Below are positions 9,403-18,400 of a stretch of DNA of 64,000 nucleotides, one piece after another. How positions within the stretch are numbered: position 1 is the first letter of the stretch; each line of letters begins with the position of its first letter. A program made the position numbers and the translations under genes. The notes under the pieces were generated by a model, which worked only from the letters and a program-made list of their open reading frames with translations, did not search any database and was not told where the DNA came from. Origin of the DNA: Bacteroidales bacterium (GTDB lineage Bacteria > Bacteroidota > Bacteroidia > Bacteroidales > ML635J-15); assembly GCA_017994175.1 (NCBI GenBank), contig JAGOLH010000004.1:7650-71649 (forward strand), written 5' to 3'.

Positions 9403-12400
9403 ATGAAAATTTTCAACATAATATTATTTTTTTTCTTATTTTACGTTCAGATTGCTGAATCTCAAACACTTATAAGTTCCGACTTCAATAAACCCGCCCA
9501 AATTTCGTTGGAAAACAATGGGGGATTGCTGGTATATAGAAATGGAAGTTTCAATGAAATTCAGATTCCGGCTTTGGCACGTAATCACCCTGGAAAAAGT
9601 TTTTATTTTATCTATACAAACAACCTAAGCACAGATTTTTTTCTTGATTTGACCTTTCCTAACGAAACTCATGCAGGGATTGCGATTTATAAAAGAGATA
9701 ACGGTGAGTTAAAAGAAAAAGCCATCAATCAAAACAAAGGAAAAACTTTACAATTATTTGTTCCAAAAGGTACTTTCCAAAACGGGGAGAGTATTCTGGT
9801 TCGGTTTTGGGTAATCGATGGTATTGACGAAGGCAGCGTTCTTGTGTCAACAAGAGAATCTAATTCGGTAAGAGGCATTGGAACTCCCCCTGTAATAAAT
9901 ACAACATCCTTTACGCCGGAGGAATTAGTAACCGAAATACTTACTACAGGTTGCGTTCAGGCTTTGAATGTGCAATATACCGGAAACCCTAACAGTATTG
10001 CATATTTTTCTTCTGGCACTCCAGCGTTGGATTTTGAGGAAGGCATTATTCTTACATCGGGTAATGCTCATGATATGGACGGTCCCAATGTGAGCAACAA
10101 TACCAGTGGAAACATGGGTACTCCCGGCGATAACGACCTGAACAATGTTATTAATTCACAAACCCGCGATGCAGCTGTGCTTGAATTCGATTTTATACCC
10201 GCTTCCGACCACGTTGAGTTTCAATATGTTTTTGGGTCGGAAGAATATGAAGAATATGTTGGATCAAACTTCAACGATGTTTTCGCATTTTTTGTGAGCG
10301 GGGGGCCCGAAAACTATAACAATCAAAACATAGCGCTGATACCCGGAACTTCAACACCTGTTAGTATAAATAATGTTAATCAGAATGTTAACTCCGATTA
10401 TTACATCAATAACGATAATGGGGCTTATCTGGAATTTGACGGTTTTACAGTAACACTAACGGCTGAGTTAGACGTTACACCCTGCGAAACGTATCACATG
10501 AAACTTGCTGTTGCCGACGTAAGCGACCGGATTTATGATTCCGGAGTATTTCTAAAAGCGGGCAGTTTTATATCAGGAACCAGCGTTGTTATGAAGAATT
10601 TTAATGCCTGGGGGTATCTGAATTCTATTCATGAAGGTTGCACAAATCAATTGGTTTTTTCACGATCCGATATGCAGAATATTACTGAGTCGATGGACGT
10701 GGATATTACAATCAGTGGTTCCGCAACCATGGGTACTGACTACACCACCATAAATCAACATTACATTATCCCAGCAGGTGAAGAGTTTATAACTATCGAC
10801 TACGATGCCATTGCCGATAATTTTGCCGATGATAACGAATATATAGTTATTTCCATATATAATGGTTGCCCTTGCAGCGTTCAGATAAGCACCGATTCAA
10901 TCCGCATCGACGATCAGATAGTTTTTACACCATCTTTTACCACCAATAGTCCGGTTTGCAGAGGAGATACTGCTGTGATAACTTTAAACTACACACCAGA
11001 GCCTGATACATCATTAATACAATGGAGCACCGGGCAGGAAAATGTCCGGCAGATCAGTTTCATACCAACCAGCAATACTACAGTAAGTGTTACAATTGAT
11101 TACCCTTGTGGCACCAAAACACTATCAACCAGTATTGTTATTGTCGAAAACCCTGTACCAGTTGCTTCAAATACAGGACCTTACTGTGCCGGAGACAACA
11201 TTGAGCTTCATGTTACACCATCGCAGTATTACCGGTGGAAAGGCCCTCTAGGATATATCAGCACAACTCAGAATCCGGTTATTAGCAATGCTCAGGTTAC
11301 AAACAGTGGAAATTACAATGTTACAGTTACCAATAATAATGGTTGCACAGGTGTTACCAGTACTAATGTAATCGTAAATCCAAACCCAGTACCTGTAATA
11401 TCTCCCCCATTCACTTTCTGTGAAGGCGATTCAATGACCCTAAGCACAGGGAATTACGCAGAATACATTTGGTCCGGTCCCAATGGGTTTAACAGCAATC
11501 TCCCTGCTCCTGTAATTGATCCCGTAAGCACACAAAATTCAGGGATATACTCAGTAACCGTTGTCGATAATAATTCTTGCCGTGGAATTGCTAGTGCTGA
11601 TTTTGTAATTAATCCGACTCCTGATGCCTCTGCTACATCAGCTCCCGGTATCTGTGAAGGAGCTGATATTGAATTATTTGCTACAGGAGATGGAAATTAT
11701 TCATGGCAAGGTCCCGATGGCTTTGTTTCAAGTGAACAAAACCCGGTAATTACAAATTGTTCATCAATACATTCCGGTGAATATACCCTCGTTGTTGAAT
11801 CAAATTCATGCGTTGATTCATCCAGTATTTTTGTTCAAGTCGATACTATTCCCGATGCTTCGGTGCTTCCTGCCGGGCCTTTTTGTTCCACAGCCAACCC
11901 ATACGTTTTATCAGCCAACCAGCCCGGTGGCAACTGGTCTGGCCCGGGTATTGTAAACTCATCCTCCGGTTTATTTAATCCTTCCATTGCCGGAGCTGGT
12001 CTGCATTATATAATATATACTGTTACAAATGGTTATTGCTCATCTTCTGATTCAATTGACATTCAGATTGATGAATTAATTTCAGCACAGATAATAAATC
12101 CGGGATCGTTTTGTATATCTGATATGCCAATTTATTTTCAATCAATAAATACCGGGGGAACATGGAATGGTTCGGGAATTACCAACAGTGCTACAGGCTT
12201 ATTTGACCCATCCGTTGCCGGTTCCGGATCACATTGGATTTATTATCAAGTGAATAATGGTGTTTGCAATGATCAAGACTCGGTTTTAGTAGTAGTGTAT
12301 AACATTGTGGATGCTAGTATTACTCCTGTAACTGAAGTCTGCCAGAATGAACCACCATTTAATCTCTCAGCAGTATCGGCAGGCGGGATATGGACAGGTA

Positions 12401-15400
12401 ATGGAATCACAAATCCGACCAATGGGACTTTCTCTCCTGAATTGGCTGGTGCCGGTGACCATTGGGTTTACTATAGTGTGGGTAATGTTTCTTGCTTCGA
12501 CAGCGATAGTTTATTAATTCATGTTGACGCTGTCCCTATAGTTTCCGTGACTCCATCAGGACCATTCTGCATCAACGACTTCCCAGTTGCTCTTTTTGCA
12601 ACCTTACCCGGAGGTGTCTGGTCAGGGAATGGAATTGTCAATTCAGCAACCGGTTTATTTAACCCTGCAGTAGCCGGTTACGGGAATCATACTATTATAT
12701 ACAGTATTACAAATGGAACATGTGTTTCGGAGCCCACAATTTTAATTCATGTAGATACAATACCCGATGCAACAATTACACAACCGGGAAATCTCTGCGA
12801 AAACCATGCTGCATTAAATTTAACTGCTACCAGCCAGGGAGGATTATGGAGTGGTACGGGTATTACAAATTCTGCTCTGGGAACATTTAATCCTCAGGTA
12901 GCCGGTCCCGGAAATCATCAGATAACCTATCAAGTGTATTCAGGAGCTTGTTCTGATATCGACCATATAACAATTCATATAGATGCCATTCCTGATCCTT
13001 ATGTTAACCCGGCAGGACCATATTGTATTTCAGATTCACCGATTATTCTTGGAGCTCTCACTCCCGGTGGAGTGTGGTCAGGGACTGGCATAACAAATTC
13101 CGTTACCGGTCAGTTCAGCCCGTCAGTTGCAGGAGCAGGGAATCATCAAATCACCTATCTGGTTACTAACGGAGCCTGTCAGAATTCATATTCAAGGACA
13201 ATTACAGTGTTTGCCTCGGTTGATGCCGCCATTACTCCTGCTGGTCCTTATTGCCAGACCCAAAGCCCTGTTACATTGCATGCCGTTTCTTCCGGTGGGT
13301 TATGGTCAGGAGTCGGGATTACCAATTCCAGCACTGGGATTTTCAATCCAGCGATTGCCGGGCAAGGAAATCATGTTATAACGTATTCTGTTCAGAATGG
13401 GAGTTGCAGCGACACTGAAACTACCACAATTCACGTTGACTCATACCCGGTTATAGCACTGACTTCTGTTTCCGCGCTTTGCATTACTGGACCAAATATT
13501 ACCTTATCTTTTACCCCTTCGGGTGGCACATGGTCAGGAATTGGTATTACCAATTCCGTTACGGGAGTATTCAGCCCGGCACTCGCCGGCGCAGGAAACC
13601 ATGTTCTCACTTACACTGTGGTTAATGGAGCTTGTACAGCTCAAAGCAGTATTACCGTACATGTTGATGCTTCACCCAATGCTGCAATAACCCCTGCTGG
13701 GCCATACTGCCAGAATAATTCTCAGGTTACCCTTAGTGCTGCCACAACAGGGGGTATTTGGTCGGGTGTTGGTGGTTTATCTCCTTCTGGAGTTTTTAAT
13801 CCTGCAGTTGCCGGTTGTGGAGATCATACAGTTACATACACAGTTACATCAGGAGTATGTGTAAGTTCCGACACTGAAATAATTCATGTTGATTGCCTGC
13901 CAGATGCCACAATTGCCGCTGTGGATCCTTTATGTATTTCAGCATCTAATATTACGCTAACAGCTGCAACCGCGGGAGGAATATGGAGTGGAAGTGGAAT
14001 TGTTAACACTACTACAGGAGTTTTTAGTCCAGCCTTAGCCGGAAGTGGGAATCACATTATTACATATACCATACATAACGGTGCTTGCACAGCTATCGAT
14101 ACACAAACGATACATGTAGATGCCACCGCAAATGCAACTATTACACCGGCTGGACCATTTTGCATCAGTAGTACAGCGGTAACTTTAACGGCTGCTTCCA
14201 CGGGTGGTGTTTGGAGCGGTACAGGAATTTCCGGGTCTACAAATGGTTTATTTGACCCAGCTATTGCCGGAGCCGGTGATCATACTATTACTTATACCCT
14301 TGTAAATGGGGCGTGTTCGGGGTCCGACACTGAAGTGATCCACGTTGATGCAAGTATTGATGCAACAATTAACCCATCAGGTCCTTATTGTTCAAATACA
14401 GGGAATCTTACACTTACGGCAGTGAATTCCGGCGGAACATGGTCAGGTACAGGAATTACAAATCCTGCTACAGGGCAGTTCAATCCATCAGTTGCAGGTC
14501 CGGGAAATCACATCGTTACTTACAATATCGTTTCAGGTGCTTGCACCAGTTCAGCTACAAATACCATTCATGTTGATGCCAGTGTTGATGCTACAATAAC
14601 ACCTGTGTCACCAGTATGCGAAAACGCAACTCCTTTTAATTTGCATGCAGTATCAACAGGGGGGGTATGGAATGGTACCGGTATCATCAACCAGGCTACA
14701 GGACTTTTCAATCCTGGCGTTGCTGGACCAGGGAATTTCACCATTACCTACAATATTGTCAATGGTGTTTGCAGCGATAATGACCAGATTGTTATCACTG
14801 TTGACGACTTTATTCAACCGATTATTACTCCTTTTACACCATTGTGTCAGAACAGCAGTCCTGTTACATTGACCGCCAATCCTTCCGGTGGTACATGGTC
14901 AGGTAGCGGGGTTACCGGATCTACTTTCAACCCGGTAGCCTCTGGAAGCGGGATGCATACTATTACATATATTCTTAATTCTGGTGTATGTATTGCATCG
15001 GCAATAACCATAATTCAGGTTGACGCCACTGTTGATGCAACTATTACCGCTGCAGGACCATTTTGCTTATACGATAATCCTGTCAACCTTCACGCTATTT
15101 CTAACGGAGGCATCTGGAGTGGAACAGGGATAACCAATACATCAACTGGCTTATTCAATCCTGCAGCTGCCGGAATCGGGAATCACTCAGTGACCTATGC
15201 TGTTACCAATGGAACCTGCTCTGACTCCGATACTGAAACAATTACAGTAGATAATGCTATCAATGCCGAAATCAATAACCCAGGACCTATCTGCATTACT
15301 GATGCTGCTTTCAATCTCAGCGCAGCCAATATAGGTGGTGTATGGGCAGGTAATGGAATTACAAACACTTCCACAGGGTTATTTGATCCTATTGTTGCAG

Positions 15401-18400
15401 GAGCAGGAGCTCACAATATTACGTATGAAATCAGCAATGGAGCATGCCTTTCGGTCGGAACAATGATTGTTTATGTTTACAATACTGTTGTTGACGCCAC
15501 TATTACCCCTGTTGCCACACAATGTGTAAACGGCGCATCAATTGACCTGAATGCTGTAACAGAAGGCGGAACATGGTCGGGAACGGGCATAACCAATACC
15601 TCAACCGGAATTTTCGATCCGGGAATTTCCGGCCCGGGAACCTTCACGATACAATATAATGTTGGAAATATCGCATGCTTCGATTCCGATAATATTACCA
15701 TTACAGTGGAAGACACCCTTTCTGCTAATATCAGTGAGGCTGGCCCATTCTGTTCTTCTGAGTCTGAATTTGTTCTGAATTCGGCCACTTCCGGTGGGTT
15801 GTGGTCGGGAACAGGTATTACCAACGTTAATAACGGTAATTTCAATCCCGGTGTTGCCGGTGCAGGAAACCACACTATAACTTACAGTATTACCAGTGGT
15901 AGTTGCACAAATTCTGACCAGATAATAATTCATATTGATGGAGCCGTTAGCGCTCAGATTACCCCTGCAGGGCCGTTTTGCATCGATGCATTGCCGGTTA
16001 CATTAAATGCCGCCAGCTTGGGAGGCACATGGTCGGGAACAGGTATTACAAATTCAAGTACAGGGTCTTTTAACCCGGGACTTGCCGGAGCGGGCGATCA
16101 TATAATTACTTACCAGGTGTCGAATGGAGTTTGTAACGATTCTCAATCAACCACAATCCACATCGACAACAACCCTGATGTGTCAATAACGCCTTCCGGA
16201 CCATATTGTTCCGACAATATTCCGATATCCCTTAATGCGGCTACACCGGGTGGAACATGGTTGGGAAACGGAATTACAGATAACATTGCAGGTATATTCT
16301 CACCATCAGTTGCTGGAGAAGGAAACCATACAATTACGTATTCCCTAACTTCAGGGGCATGTAGTGTTAGCTCCCAGGCAACAATTCATGTAGACGGAGC
16401 TGTGGATGCAACAATTACACCTGTCGGACCGTTTTGCGAAACACAGGGAGTTGTTCAATTGTATGCTGTATCACCAGGCGGAGTTTGGAGCGGTAACGGA
16501 ATAATAAACAGTGCTACAGGCATGTTTCACCCTGGCGTAGCCGGGAATGGCCTTCACACAATAACATATTCTGTTACAAATGGAATTTGCAATGCTTCAG
16601 AATCTATACAAATTCTTGTGGATGATAACCCCAATTCAGCGATCGTCACCACTGGACCATTTTGTGCAGATGCGGCTGTTCAAATACTGAGCAGTGTTAC
16701 CCCCGGAGGGACATGGAGCGGAACAGGTGTTACAAATGCAAGCACAGGCTTATTTGACCCTGCAGTTGCAGGAACAGGAAATCATTTGATTACTTATACT
16801 TTAGGTAGCGGAACGTGTTCATCGTCATCTCAAATAACAATACATATCGATACTCCCGTAGATGCCACTATTACTGCTGCAGGACCATACTGCCAAACGG
16901 GCACCTCTGTAACACTATCGGCAGCAACATCGGGTGGTATCTGGAGTGGAAACGGTATCACAAATCAGGTACTTGGTGTTTTCAACACATCTTCAGCAGG
17001 TGGAGGAGACCACCTGATAACCTACTTGGTTACCAACGGTGCATGCACTGATACTGACACAGAAACAATACACGTTGACTCTCAGGAATACCCCGTTATT
17101 ACCAGTGCCACAGGCTATTGCGTTGCTGACGCTCCTATAGATCTTACAGCTTCTGTTCCAAACGGGACATGGAGCGGACCGGGGATTACGAATTCTGCAA
17201 CGGGAACATTCAACCCTGCAATAGCAGGAGTTGGTAATTTTACGATTTTATACACCCTTGTTTCAGGAGCCTGCGTGGCTGAAGATGATGCAGTATTGGA
17301 AGTGGCGGAGTGGCCTGATGCAACTATTACTCCAGTTGGCCCACTCTGTGAAACCGAAGATCCAGTTCAACTTATCGCTGTTACTGCCGGGGGACTATGG
17401 TCTGGCACGGGTATTACAAACCAAACAGAAGGGGTTTTCAACCCGGCTTATGCCGGGGATGGGATTCATCAGATAGTTTATACAACTGAAAACGCCTATT
17501 GTACCGATTCCGACACCATTTGGATCGAAGTTTTTAATTACAATTCCGTTAACATAACCAATATTGGTCCATTCTGTCAAAGTGCAGGGACGGTTACCCT
17601 ATCTGCTATACCTTCAGGGGGAACCTGGAGCGGAACCGGTATAAGCAACCCAGTAACAGGAGCTTTTTCTGTTGGCGGATTGCTTCCTGGATCTTACGCA
17701 ATCACTTATACAGTTATTAACGGTGTCTGCATTGCTGAAGATACACAAGACATTGTTGTGGATGAAATGGTAGATGCAACAATTTCCGGCCCAGTTACAT
17801 TTTGTGAAACAGATCCACAGACCCAATTCACAACAGTAACTACAGGGGGCACCTGGAGCGGACCCGGGGTAGTTAGTACAACCAACGGGACATTTAATCC
17901 ATCGGTTGCAGGTGTGGGAGTACATAGTATTAATTATTTGGTAACCAATGGAAGTTGTAACGATTCCGATACCCATACCATTACTGTTTACGATAACCCA
18001 GAGCCAATTATATCAGGTCCGACGTCGACCTGTGTAAACGCAGGAATAATTGATTTTTCGGTAAACTTAACGGGTGGAACATGGTCAGGGATCGGTATTA
18101 CCGACGTTAATAACGGTATATTTGATCCACTTGTCGCAGGAACAGGAACACATCAAATTGCTTTTACTATTGATAATTTTAATTGTCAGGCTGTTACATA
18201 TCATAACATTACAGTAAACACAGCAACACCCTTGTCATTTCTTATCACCGATACTACATTTTGCATTTATGAAACACCCGTAAACATTACGGTTAACCCA
18301 GCGGGTGGTATATTAAGCGGTGCCGGAATATCGGGAACATCTTTCAACCCTGCTTCAGCAGGGCCCGGACCACATGTAATCACTTATACATTTACAAACT